This document shows, one piece after another, positions 47,404 to 61,105 of a stretch of 64,000 bases of DNA. The stretch is from Azolla caroliniana. Its lineage: Eukaryota; Plantae; Polypodiophyta. The notes below the pieces were generated by a model. That model searched no databases, had not been told where the DNA came from, and saw only the letters and a program-made list of their open reading frames with translations. The stretch's first letter is position 1. Every line of letters begins with the position of its first letter. A program made the position numbers and the translations under genes. The stretch covers positions 24,242,001 to 24,306,000 of the forward strand of contig JBHGNT010000005.1 of NCBI GenBank assembly GCA_043228905.1. The letters are read 5' to 3'.

Positions 47404-50400
47404 CATAATGACATATAGAAATCTCAGTCCAAGGAGGGAGATCGGAGTCTCCCTACCATTCAATAGATAGTGGTTTGCATGCATGGACCTTCTTAGGTTA
47501 ATTTTCTTGCCTTGCATATGAACATATTTTAGGTTGCATCCATAACTCATAAGGCTCTATTAAAATTGTCAATCTTATTGTTTCCACTTTTTTCATAACA
47601 GATAGTACATGGTTAGCTCATGTTTGCGCCATTATGTTGACTCATATTCAAGTGTAGGGCCATATCTAAGTGATAAGTTATGCCATGCCGCACACATATG
47701 TTGCAATAAAATATGTTGGTAGAATATGGTAGGGATATCTACTCATGCATTAGTCGCTTAACTTTGTGTTGCATACATGCAACGACGAGGACTAATTTGT
47801 GTGGAATTAATCGATATTATTAGAGTGGTGACATACATTTGCATCTCTAGACCTATGATCTTGGAATAGATTTGTTGGGTGGCAAGTCTGTAGAGTTGGT
47901 TGTCTATGGAAACCATTAAGAATATCTGATGAAGAAATCAAGAAATTTTTAATGCAATTGCAAGATGAGACAACAATGTGGAAAATGTTGTAATCTTATA
48001 ACAAAAAGAAAATTTTAGCTAATAGAGCCTTTAATGCAAAACACAAGGCTCTTGGTTCCAATTGCGAAAATGTGTCTCCATGGGGGCGACCATGAGTGCA
48101 CTTCAAAGGTAGGGAGTATTGGAAAGGCTAACATTTGGGCATTGACCTTGATCCCTTGAAGGTGCAATCATAGGCTCTAGCAGGGTTATGCCTTGAGTGC
48201 GGAATATGTATGTCTTGAATGTTGAATATGTATGAGGAAATGGGTCGATGTGTGGCCTAACCTCACGATCAAAGAAACAACCACATGGCCATGTTTCTCA
48301 AAGTGTCCTTGTAATTTAGTTCACAATATTATTTTTGACATGCATAGTAAAAATATTTATTTCTATCATACCATACCGATCTCATTTGGAAACATATTAT
48401 CATATATATATTTTTCCATAAAAATGATCCTCCATTAGTATTAAGATTAAAGTAGCCAAAGGCAAGATACAAGATAATCCAACATTACAATGAATATTGT
48501 GCAACCAATCTTTCTAGATAAAGATAAAGGCAAGATACAAGATAATATCGGTGAACTTCTCCCTAAGTAATATTGTTGCCCAACCAACGTCCATATCACC
48601 AAGTAATGTTGATGCCATGCCAAAGCCCCGAGCATCAATTCCATCGTATTCTTCTTTCACAATGATTCCTTGAATGCTGCTACATGTAAGAGTTCATCAT
48701 ATCCAAATGATCCAGATGAATCTACCATATGAAAATACTAGTTCTCTACTCAATCCAATCTCCTCAGACCCTCATGAAAATTTTCTTCTACCTCCGCCAC
48801 CATCTTCGCTCATTGTTGTATAAACTGAAAACAAATAAATGTGCTTCAAAATATTTCCACATCAGCCATCTCTCCATTTTCCATGAAATTCCTGTATAGA
48901 CAACAAAGAAAAAATTAGTTGTCCTCATCCTCTCATGACATTTTGCTTCAACCCTCAACAACATCCTCACTCATCCTTTCAAAATAACATATTATCATAT
49001 TAAGTGAATACCATTCCAAACATGATCACACTTACTACTTATAAAGTGAAATGAACCAAAACTTTTCATACATCGTTGTCGAAAGTTATACGACCATCAA
49101 CCTCATGGAAGAACCAAGTACAATTTGAATTGTGAATAGAAACATCTAACTAAATTCTTGACACTTCCAAAAGAATTTTATATGTTCTATCAATATGCTA
49201 TATTTAGCTAAGATGGGAGATATTTTCATATAAAAGCATGACAATACATGGTGCTAACTTCACATCACGTCATTGTCCATGTTAATTAAGTTTCAAAATG
49301 CGCTTTTTTTTCAAAGTTGTGGTTTTTCAACGTCAATCATGAGAGGAATTTGAGTTTGGGCAAGTAATCACAATTTACTCATTCATCATCCAAGGCTGAT
49401 CAATGTAAATGGATTCTTGGTAACGAATAAGTATATGTAAATGTTCTGTTTTCCTTGTGAAATCAATGAATCCAGATATTAATGTCAAAAGATAAAAAAA
49501 GGAAGTATAGAAAATGCATTGCCCAAAATGTAGACCATTTGAAGATAATGACACACTTAGATTGCACCATATGAGACCAAGAGATTGCCATGTGTTAGAA
49601 GGAGGTTGAAAGCTGATGGCTTGGAACAAACCTCCACGCAACAATATTCCTAATGTGGGTCATAAGAGGATACTCATGTTACTCTCATTTCATAAAAGCT
49701 TGTATAGGAGATAGTGTGTGCGCACACAGAACAAACTTCATGTATATGCGATAAAATCCTATAACGTGGCTCTTCAACCACATCAATGATAAACAAAAAA
49801 AGTGCAAAAGGGAGAAGGAATCATAGATAGGACGATAAATGAGGGATTTCCATATTTGAGTGGATTGTCATGCATAAAGTTAAGAATATTGTGAGTTTAA
49901 GTGGGTGTCAATGGCCATACATGGCCATATTTGTGCATATGCTTCTATGTGCATGTACATGTTGACATATGAAACACTACATACACAACAAATGCACAAA
50001 AAATTTCATGCCTTGACTAATTTTGATAAATAATAATACCATGGTATCATGTCATACACTAGACTCTATGTGTTGTACAATCCTATAGTGATATGTAGCC
50101 ACTTAGCTACATATTTGTTTGACTTTACCAATACAATATCATTCTTTGTCATTGATTTTTTCTGCTATTTAGAGTTGACATAATGACCTATGTATGATGT
50201 ATCCAAATTTTGTATCGCGTTGTCCTAGTTCAACTTCTCCCAGCAATTGTGCTCATATACTTTTTTGTGTCGGTCATGATTGTCGTGTCACTCTTTTTTT
50301 TCCTCAACATGATTCTTTCTTCACACAATTTTGTCTTTCTTCTTCCTTTGGAGTTGCCCTTGTAAACCTTTGTAATCCCCCTTTGAGGAAGGGGAATAAT

Positions 50401-53400
50401 GTTTTGAGAACCCTAGTTTGAAATGTCATCGTAAAGCATATATTGAGGTTCAAAAAGTAATTGTGCTTTCACTCCCCATCAGCATCTTCCATGGTAGACT
50501 CTTCACTAGTAAGGCAATGTTTTTTTTTCAACTTTGGGTTGTGGAAACTGATCTGTAAATCTGTGTTTAAGAGCAACTTCTTATTATGCATGATCCTAAA
50601 CTAAAGCCCATAACATTAATATTTCTGGTTACACCATAATGTTCTCACCGTCACCACCAAGCACTTTTTTCTACTTTGGGTTGTGGAAAGTGATTTGTAA
50701 ATCTATCGTTTAGGAGAAACATTGTATTATGCATGATCCCAAACTAAAGCCCACAACTTTAATCTTTAAGATTACACCATATTGTTCTCACCTTCACTGT
50801 CAAGCACTTTCCTAAGTATCACAAGCTCATAGATGCAAGGAAAACCAAGGAGAATTTTGACTCATATTTTTTCTTTGCTTGATGTTATGAAACAACTTAT
50901 TGATGTTCATAATTCTACATAAATGAAGATAACAAGTCACAAGTTTAGGTTTGAGTGTCATTGAAGAATCTGTAGCCAATCTTACAAGTTCACTAATACA
51001 ATCTTCTAAAAGAAAAACAAATGAGACTATGAATACCAAAGTTATATTATAATAATTGATCTTGTGGCTCCATTACAATGTCAAGACTTCTAAAAGGCAT
51101 CAACCATTCCTAGGTTGCTTTATCACTGCTATATTAGAAATATTTTTATCTTCAATGACCTGATCAACATGTCACTTGTTTACGTTGAGAAGCCTATCTG
51201 AAGATTTAGATTGTTTACATTTTATGGACATTCAATTGTATTTTTGGGTAGACAATACATAAATACCCTTAGTCTATTTTAGGGCCTTAGCATACTTAAA
51301 TAAATGGGTGATTGTAAATGAGATTGAGTCCAATTTTTGGTTCGCATTTACAAGGGTTGCTTGTTGATCAATCCCCTTTTCCCATTGATATAGTTTTTAA
51401 CCTAAAAATGGTGAAAATTCTAAGGAACTGTAATATGCTCCTAGTTGTCAATGCCTAGATCGTGATTGATACCAAGGTGTTCCAATAGTATGACTCCAGG
51501 CTCTATAAATGTTATTGTTTACATTTCTTTTACACTTTCGCATAGGCGTTTTCAATTGTGTATTTCATCAATCATGGTTTTATGTTGGCATGCTTGAGTT
51601 AGATTCATGGAAGATCCCTCACAGAAAAAGAAAAAGGTTCGACCCAAGATCATTGTCCCCACTTAACTGGAGTTGAGGCTCTTGAAATTTGGGGACTGTT
51701 TGGAGAATTCAATAGCAATGGACTCTTACAGTTTGGAGGTTTGAACGATTTGCCCATCTTTAACCGACAAAAGAAGTGAAATCACATCATTTGAATGCCT
51801 AAGGGAATAGTATGTTTTGTACAGTAACTTTGAGAATATGAAGGTGCAAATGTGGTCGACAAAGAACAATGTGTAAGTGAAAGCATGAGCATTTCAATAA
51901 TGATACATTTAACACTATTGCTTACAAGCCATTGCTTCTTATAGTATCAAGTAGAATCGTATCATAAAGGTACATATTTTCTTGGAAAAATCTCGAGGTC
52001 AAAGAAATTGCAAGGTAAGAAATCAATCTTGTAAAACCTACTTGGGAGGAACCAAGACCCCTTTACCCATTATTCCACTTTGAGAAAAAAAAATTGTTTG
52101 ACGCATGTGAGATAAAAAAAGCCTATTTTGCTTTATAGAGGGTTGAAAATAGGGATGTTTGGCTTACTATGATTTCTGAATTGAGAAGAGATGTCTTTAG
52201 GCACACATTAAGATGTTTTCTCTTTGCGGATATGGATACACTTATATGAGGTCTTTTGGACTTAAGTAAATCATGCACTATCTTGTTGATCATTTTGATG
52301 ATGCCATTGTGTGCACCCTACCATTAACATATATATACATACATATTTGAATAAAAAAACCATAGCGAAGGGAGTAGTGAGATATTTGAGAGGGGAAAAT
52401 ATTATAAGTAGCATGGTTGAAGGATTAGAAAGATGGACATTATTAATTTTTCCAAGTTAACCAAGGATCACTTGTGAGAAATAGAGTTATCTTGTGTATT
52501 TGTTGTTTGTCATTAAAAGAGGGTTGGTTAGTGAAGATTGCTTCACAAAGACAGGAAGGTCATGCCTCCAACCCCTACATACCCCACTGTCATCTAACAA
52601 AACATTGCAAAATAGGTGAGAGCACGCATGGTAATAAAAACATGGCCTACCACTAAAGTTGGGCTTGTCCACAAAAGAGATAGAGAAACCCTTGCACACG
52701 CTAGAGAATATAACATGTTTTTATTTTGGAGAGAGAACTTTATACTGTACATATCTATTGATGATGAGAGATGTGAGAATGAGAAAACAGTTAAAGACAG
52801 AAGGCATCATGTCATGGATGGTTGATTGGTGAGAGATATAGGATAGTGGGGAGAAAGTTGGTTGTTTAATTTATGAGAGAGAGATGAGGTCGATATGATC
52901 AAGAAAACGATGAATGATGTGATAAGACCCAAGCCATATCACATTGGGTGGAAGGATCATCATGTTAAGTGAGACAATATGTTCCCAACATGTAAAGGGT
53001 CCTTTGTACAATGTGTAAAATCGATGAGACAAAGAGAAAGAGAGAGAAAAGGGATGGATATAATGTGAATATGACCTCGAAGGCGACCGAATGATGTGAT
53101 AAGACTCAACAATAGAATGCTCGGTGGGAGGACCATCATGTTTAGTAAAGGAACATTGTTTGTAGTAGCACGATAATTACAAGATGAGATGAGCTAAATA
53201 ATAACATACGTTAGAGCAGAATATGAATATCTATGTGAAAATGCCTAGTGTACACCTGTGCAAATCGATTTTTTTCAATAGCTTTTGATGTGTTGATGGA
53301 CCAATCCAAACAAAACACACACACATGCACACGCACACGCACACGCACGCACACAGACATAGCCACAAAAAGACGAGTCTCTATTTAGCAATAACTAGTG

Positions 53401-55552
53401 CAAAACCTCAAAATGAGTTGAAACCCTCAAATAAACGTTGACATAAAGGGCACTATGGATGATATAATGCTCAAAAGCACTCAAACGAATATCTGGAAGT
53501 CGGGTAGTGGAAGGTCGTGTACCCTCAAACAATCATACAAAGATTGACAACACGATTGCTTAAAGCACATGGACTCATTAATATTGGGCTTCATTGGAGA
53601 CTACATATCGGCTACGTGATTTCCAAAGAGTCCACAATGCACAAGATCTCGAGATTCATTCGTTTGTCCATTAGTTTGTAAAGCTTGAGGAATAAATGGA
53701 AAAAGAAATTTGACGCATGCCATCCACACACTCACTCACTCAGTCAATCACACAATGTTGAGAGATAAGGACATGGACTATATTGAGAGGTGTTGATGTA
53801 AGAAGGAATGTTTTGTTGGACGGCTTGGGGGTGGGGTATATGAGTACATGTTTTTATCTGGAGGGGGGCGGAATTTGCGAAACAGAGGAGATGAGAGTGG
53901 GCACGTATCGAGATCAGTTATCTAGCAATCCAGAATATAGAATATATGTATATATATGTATGTAAGTGAGGGCAGACAAATCGGGGGCCTAGCAAGGGAC
54001 GAAAATCTAAGATCAAATCTGATAGGGAGAGGTGTGGTGTGACTTTATTTTTATTTGCTTTTTGCGTACCTTGGCATATAGTTTGTCCGGACAAGCGTGT
54101 GTGTGGACACATTCTCGTCAGCTCTTCTTCTTCTTCCTTTCCTATGTTGTTTGGTAGAGTAAATTTTTACCATCATTTCCGGAGAGAATTTTTTTTTTTT
54201 TTGCACAACTTTTTCGTTGTATTATCTGCCACATTGTGTGAACATACACACACAAAAAAATACACTATCCTTACTACTTACTACTTTTTTTTTATACCTT
54301 CATTTTGTTCAATTTATGTTTCTAGCCTTGGGATACTTTTGTAGTTTCCCAAAACTTTGGCAAAGGGAAAAAAAACACATACACAGCTGTACAGCAAAAA
54401 ATAAAATAATAAAACAAATATATATACTTAAACTAAATAAATAGGAAATGTAATAGTCACAGGTTTCAGATCAGGAAAGTTCAAATAGTTGGGCATACAT
54501 ATAAATACACAGAAATAGAAAGCTATATCTATATCTATTTGTTTTTCATAGTTTAGTTGTGGCCCATGAAGAAAAAAAAAGATGAAAACAAGAATTTCAT
54601 TTGTCTTATAATGCTCGTTCCACCACGAAAAATCAATAAACTAAATTAACATAAAAAGCCTTAATCTAAACTTAAAAAGTTCTTATTTATTTTAATCAGA
54701 GTTCTTTCCCCGGCCATCATCATTTGATTCAAGGAAGTTTTGTTTTAGTTTTATTTTCTCAGTAAAAGCAAAAGAAAAGCAAAAAAACAAAAGCTTCATT
54801 TACTTGTTTAATTGCTTTTTTTTGTTCTATTGTAATTTATTCTTTTAAATCTGGCTACTTATTTAAAAAAACAAAAACAAATGGCAGATTCCAGGGAAAA
54901 AAAGCAAAGAAAAACAAAAAAGCAGTTAAGTAATATTAAGGGGGAAAAAATTAAAACTATGAAAGAATAAGTTTGATTTATTTTACTAAAAGATAATAAA
55001 AACAAACAAAGGAAATTTAAAAAAAATTAAAAGGCATTGTTTTGTGCTCCTTTATGTTAGGATGACTTTAGGAATGAGAAAAAATTAAACAAAAAAAGAT
55101 TAAATTCCAGCAATAATAAAATAATGACCTAATGATTTTTTGGTCCCCCCTCCCCCTTTCCTTAGTGTAGTAAAAGAAATGGAAACAAATAAATAAATTT
55201 AACAGAAAACAGGGATCCAAAATTCTTTAGAGTTATCCTTAAGTCCTTAGAGAAACAAAAGTCTAAAAAAAACAAACACAAAAGAACGCATATAAATAAA
55301 TTCCAAGAGCTAAAATTTGTTTATTTTATTTGGACCAATGGCCACACAGCATTATCATTATAAAAGGGTGGGTTTGCCACCCCTCCTTTATCTCTCTTCA
55401 AATAACACCCATTCAATTTTAATCTCTATCCCCTATAGTTTTTCATTCTCTTTGTCACTAGTGTATATGTATGTATGTATTCATTGATTATGATCCATTA
55501 ATCCTCCCACTCCTTGATTTCTTGTGCACTTAATCCGATCCCGCACCCTAAC

Positions 55553-57277
55553 ATGAACCATCCAACAAGCCGATTAAGCTCGCCATTAATGCACCCCGCC
55601 TCCATCTTCGAGCCTCTTTACATGAGCCCTAGTAAAGTAGCTCAAAGTAGTGACAAACACATCCTTGGTGGTGTCACTAGTGTCCCTAGCACTACTACCA
55701 CTAGTCCACAAGGCCTCATCGGTTCCTCGGATCGTGACCACCACGATGATGGTAGCGTAGCTAGCAAGCTCCTCGCGTCCATCATCACGAAGAGCATGTC
55801 GAGCCCTTCGTTGATGATCTCCTCCACCAATTCCCCTTGCAAGGAGTCGGTGCGCGAGACCCCTTACCAGAAGAGCCTCAAGCTCAAGAGGATGAAGCTC
55901 CAACACTGCGCCGAGGAGCTCGGCTCCGAGTCTTCGAGCTCCGACTACTATGTGGGCGATTACGGCTCGCCCACTTACGGCCTTAGGGATGTGCCCGGCT
56001 TCTTCTCCATCGAAACACCCGCCCATCACATGGCTCCGAACCCTCCTCCCCTTTCCGAAGAACTAGGGCTAGAGATCAATAGGAACCGTGCCCCCCCAAC
56101 TAGTGCCAATCCCATGATCACCGTTAGATCTTCGCCTAACCTTACCTTAAATGATCATTCCAATAGTAGCAAGTCGAATCGGCACTACATGAATCATTGC
56201 CAATCCAATGGCAAGAACACCAAATCCTTCCCTCCTCCTCTCTCCCACACTTTGCCCACATCCTCCAATGCTTACAACCTGTCGAGCGGGGGCGATTCGG
56301 TGTCTCTTCGTGCCTACCGCGAGGATGGCCGGTTTGTACTCAAAGAGGTCAAGGTCAATTTTTGCCGAAGATACTTCCATGCCGATCGCAAGGATGGCCG
56401 CTTGACACTTCACCTCTTAACAAGGGATGATGACCACAATGAAGACTCGGAATTAGCCCCAACAAAGTGTGACACCATCGACAACATTGGCAACGATACG
56501 ATATCTCAAGAGCTCCGCGAAAAGAATTCGGATGAACATATATTGGTTTCCTATAATGGGACCACCATGAATACAGCCTCAATAGAATCTGAGGAGATAC
56601 TAAAGCCCAAGCCCAATAAGGTACTATACGCAAATGGGCAATGTAATTCCATGGCTATTTTGGCTCATCCAAAGCTCACTAATGAGGCCTTGGTACTAGA
56701 GTATCCTAGATTGGCCACTCGATTAAAGATGTCCATGTTCAAGATTCCTAGGCCCATCTATTCATCCCTAGACTACTATACCCCTAGCACTATCATAGTC
56801 ACTATCGCGCTCCTAATGTATGGCACTACATGTACCCCCGACGAAGAACTAGAGGACCAAGTCCATGGTGGTGGTTCGCGTAATGCAATTAATGTTGAGG
56901 AAGACATAGTAAATGAGGAAGGGGGTGGAATTACTGCATTGGTGATGGGGAATCGAATACGAGATCTAATAAATGAGGGCACTGTTGTCGATGATTCGAG
57001 GGAGGTGGGGTCAACAAGCAAGTATTATAATAATGATGTGGGGCAAACATATAGTTGCAACAATAATGTTGAAGGTGGTCATAGTGAATTGGTTAGCTCC
57101 TCAACTTTCCAAGGTACACCTTGGGATAATTCAATTCATAGCGGGATCGGTACGATAAGGTTCATCAATACAGATCCACCGATTCGGCGTGGTGTCCTCT
57201 ATTGCAAGGATAGAAGCCACCTAACCTTTCATTCCAAAAGCTTCATCAAGAGTCGGCCCGTAGCTATTCGATCTTAA
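55553..57277 (+). CDS. FAF: FANTASTIC FOUR (FAF/DUF3049)-like protein, intronless, ~574 aa
   Basis: LQHCAEELGSES motif and FAF domain FPPPLS...LRAYREDGRFVLKEVKV...YFHADRKDGRLTLHL. First ATG at 55553; TATAAAA at ~55359. Confidence 0.85.
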   Translation: MNHPTSRLSSPLMHPASIFEPLYMSPSKVAQSSDKHILGGVTSVPSTTTTSPQGLIGSSDRDHHDDGSVASKLLASIITKSMSSPSLMISSTNSPCKESVRETPYQKSLKLKRMKLQHCAEELGSESSSSDYYVGDYGSPTYGLRDVPGFFSIETPAHHMAPNPPPLSEELGLEINRNRAPPTSANPMITVRSSPNLTLNDHSNSSKSNRHYMNHCQSNGKNTKSFPPPLSHTLPTSSNAYNLSSGGDSVSLRAYREDGRFVLKEVKVNFCRRYFHADRKDGRLTLHLLTRDDDHNEDSELAPTKCDTIDNIGNDTISQELREKNSDEHILVSYNGTTMNTASIESEEILKPKPNKVLYANGQCNSMAILAHPKLTNEALVLEYPRLATRLKMSMFKIPRPIYSSLDYYTPSTIIVTIALLMYGTTCTPDEELEDQVHGGGSRNAINVEEDIVNEEGGGITALVMGNRIRDLINEGTVVDDSREVGSTSKYYNNDVGQTYSCNNNVEGGHSELVSSSTFQGTPWDNSIHSGIGTIRFINTDPPIRRGVLYCKDRSHLTFHSKSFIKSRPVAIRS

Positions 57278-60200
57278 TTGCAACAAGCCGACCCAATCAA
57301 TTGACATCTACTTATATAAGCATCCGAACACTTTGTATCTAACGGCTACTTTAACATTATTAATCACATGTAGCTCTAAATTTTGATAATACTAATACAT
57401 TCTAAACTACCATTACCTCTCCCAAAAACAAGTATAAAGTCTTCAAATCGTGAGCTAGTTAATCTTATCAACTAATAATGGTCAATTGATTAGTTTCTTG
57501 AATTGTTTCAATCAATACTTGGTGTAGGTAAGCACATAAATAAAAAACAACATAAGTCCAATGTGATTTTGTATGAGTGAGTGTGTGTGTGTGCAATATG
57601 TGTGTTTATACATCCACATACAAATAGCTAAATGGTTTATGTGTAGGATAGTAAGAAAGAAAGCTCGATTTGAAACTTCGGGAGAACTCAACACCCAAAG
57701 GATTTCTCTCAAGTGAAGAAGGCTTAGGAATTTTGCACTTTGGGAATCACTTTAGTCTTCTAGTGGTACATTTCTTTGTTGGCACATGCTTTATGCTTTA
57801 ATACCTCGAGTAACAATAGAGAGGTGAGAGATGCCTTAGTCTGGCCAAGTTATTCTCCTTTATATCACCTACTTATCTATCTTTTTATCAAAGATAGTGA
57901 AAAAGACTAAAATCACGAGTGTTATCTTATTATTTGTCCACATCCTTGTATTACCAACTCACACATATACATTTGCCCTCTAAAGCCAACGGTAAAGGTC
58001 TCTCAATCTCTATTGGGCTTTTTGCTATCTTTATGTTTAGAATCATTTTACTTTTCTTGAGATAGACATATGCAACAACACAACACAAGCATTGCTAATA
58101 CAACTTTCTAGTTATGCTCTCTTTACCTATGCTTGCATATATTTATAAGATATTTGCATGCTACGATTTAGTACCAAAGTTGCCTTTTCGTGAGATGTTT
58201 GTAAAATTGTGTCCTTAGAATTCAACGATGTATTTCATCTTCAAATATATGGACCTTGTCAGATAGTGGTTACGGTTTTAACAAGATATTTTAGGTATTT
58301 GAGAAAATTATTCAAGCTCTTCAAAATAATGTGCATGCACATGCAATATTACAACAATATTGTGAAAAGTGCAAATGAGACCTCCAAAAAACCTAATGAG
58401 CAAATCATTTATTATAAGTATTACATGAATACGTTATAAGATTCCCCACTTGCAAATGTGCATTTCTTTCATTGATAAATACCACATAATGTTCCATTTT
58501 GTTTTGGGTTCTCCACTTGACATTTTGTGTGCATAACATTAAAGCATACACGCCAAGTGCACATATCTTATATGATTAGGAGTACTGACACAATTTGCGT
58601 TAACCAAATACGTTAGCTAAACAATTCAAAAAATTGAACAAGTTATTTATTAGAAGTGTTAAATGAATAGCTTATGAGATTCTCCACTAGTGAAAATGTA
58701 TTCCTCCCATTGAAAAATATCATATGAAGTTCAATTTTGATTTGGGTTCTCCACCTAACAATTTATGTGTGCATGTTGTGAGAGTGCACATTTCTAAATG
58801 ATTATTTGGTATAATTCAAGGAATATCCATGCGACCACATAGCTTTGCTCAATTGAATTTGAAATATTTGATATTGCATTGATGTGACAAGAGATACACC
58901 TTGCAAATAGAAACTTCAATGCCAACATGAATTTAACTTGGTTGTCATTACAAGTAATGCTTATTGTTGGTAGCCCTTCATGCAATTGAAGTACTTCTTC
59001 CATAGCCAATTAAAAGTAGAATGTTGTGAGCATACACATATAATTGATGTCACACAATCCAAACTAGGTCCTATAGATCAAATGGCCATTTGCTAGGTTG
59101 AGGATGGGGAAAGTGGAGACTCTAGGACCCTAGCAACAGGAGATAAAGATTGACTCCAATTCCTTCTTCCGTAACCAAACATAAGAAGAATTTTATGAGC
59201 ATACACATAGAGGGCACATAGTGAAATCATGCCTTACAAACAAAATGATTGTTAGTGAGGATGAAGTTGAGGAAAGTAAAGACTCCAATACCTTAACAAT
59301 GAGAGATATAGATAATGATAGAGATGGCTATTTGTGTGTGTGTGTTTGTGTATATAGAAGACAAATGTGATTGCTGGTGAAAGTTTACTTACATGGTTCA
59401 TTACCTGATGGTTGGATGTAGGATGACAACACCATCATCCATTTGTGGCGAAAGTGTTTCTTTGATGGAAAAATTGTAGGTAGATTTTGTGTGCGAAAGT
59501 GTTGGGAGGACAAACCCAACATGAAATGGATAGGAATAAAGCGCCTTATCTACAAATTCTCGTTGCTACAAACTTACATCTTCTTGTACATTACATATCA
59601 TTCTCTTAAAAAACACATAATAACGACATTTTATAGTAGCTATCACAATATCTCTTTATCTCGTAATTATCAGATGCGAAATTTTATACCCTTAAAAACT
59701 TGGATAATTGTTTATGTGCTAACTTCTATGAATTAGTAGTGAGTAAACCCATCAAATGTTTTCACTAGATATCTTTCAAGCTACCATAACAAATAGTTAT
59801 TATATATCCATTAAGGTAATGTTGTTGCATTTTCCCCAAATTATATGCCAATGTTAGGCTAATCTATTCTTTGCCCATTGCTAGTGCATTATGAGCCATG
59901 CCCTATTTTCATTTGTCAGCATGTTGAAAGTGTCGATATGAGTTAATTCAATTTTATCCACTCTCTTTGCATTGTTTGACAAGTGTCAAGGACTAACAAC
60001 TATAGTTCAAGTTTCTCTATTTGGTTGCAACCTTGTGTTCCTCTTCTTGAGCGTAAGTTCGTTGACCTATAGTGTTACTATGTCATGACTCGTCAACGTT
60101 TGCCCTTTTCGACAAGCTGCAACATGATATTGTGGGCTCACGTATACTCGAAGGGTCAGATTGAAGTCTAGTATTCCAAAAGATACAGTGATCTTTTATC

Positions 60201-60579
60201 GATGTCATTACCCCATGCCAATATTGGATCCTGAAAAAAATGTTTGTGTACTTCAACTTAGCGTGATGTAGGTTGTAGGTCAAATGCAATTGGGCTTTCA
60301 TTATCTGCAAAATTTCTTCTACATCCTCAAATAAGAGATGATGAGCCAATGTGGCAGTCTCAATGATTATTTGAACTATCAAATCTTCCAAGAGTGAGGG
60401 AATACTAGGTGTATTGTAGATGCTTTCAATGACTTTCTTAGGATTTGGTGGTGGAATGTTGTTGTAAACTTTCTCCTAGAGTGTTTCTTGATATTGTCTC
60501 ATGCTAAGAGCCTTTGTATGCATGATAATCTTGTTGGCATAAAAGGCCAACTCCTTCCACTTTGTATCCATACAAGTGT

Positions 60580-60900
60580 GAACACGTCCAAATAGTTAGG
60601 GTTTGAGTATGTAAACTCTAACCGAACGTTGTAATGATGATGGTCGATCTTGAGTCTTGTACAGAGAGAGTTATAGAAAAATAGAGAACTTCCATTGAAG
60701 CTCTAACTGTGTTTATTGCCTCTATCTTCGTCTTCTTCCTATCACTACATATCTGTGTTGTTTGTCGTGCATAGAAAGACAAGTCCTCATACACATACTT
60801 CCGCACATATATCTGAATATACATCAACAAGTGGTATCAGAGCGACTTGTTATTCAACGACGACGAATAGCAGAAAAACCAAGAAGAGGAAACAGTTGAA
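60580..60900 (+). mobile_element. LTR end plus PBS remnant of a Copia-type element
   Basis: ...CATCAACA followed by AG and TGGTATCAGAGC (60832-60843). Left boundary approximate. Confidence 0.5.
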
Positions 60901-60938
60901 TGCGGGTCTCTAATGGACGTATTCACACTGTCTCCCTT

Positions 60939-61067
60939 TGTACAGACTAGGTTTAGGCTATTTATGTAAATAGTGCGAAGGGTAGTTGCCCTAAGTTAGT
61001 CAGTATATAAACTGACCTTGTAAACTGGTTGAAAGTGGTTGAATAATTTAGTTCATCTTGTGCCCAA

Positions 61068-61105
<38 letters not shown>

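Noticed and set aside
48450-49000. Possible decayed transposase (Harbinger-like) on the minus strand
   Set aside because: No diagnostic motif, TIR or TSD could be confirmed by eye.
50520-59320. Several degenerate 50-140 bp direct duplications (50530/50670, 52915/53090, 58490/58735, 59095/59260)
   Set aside because: Old local duplications with no coding or structural signal.
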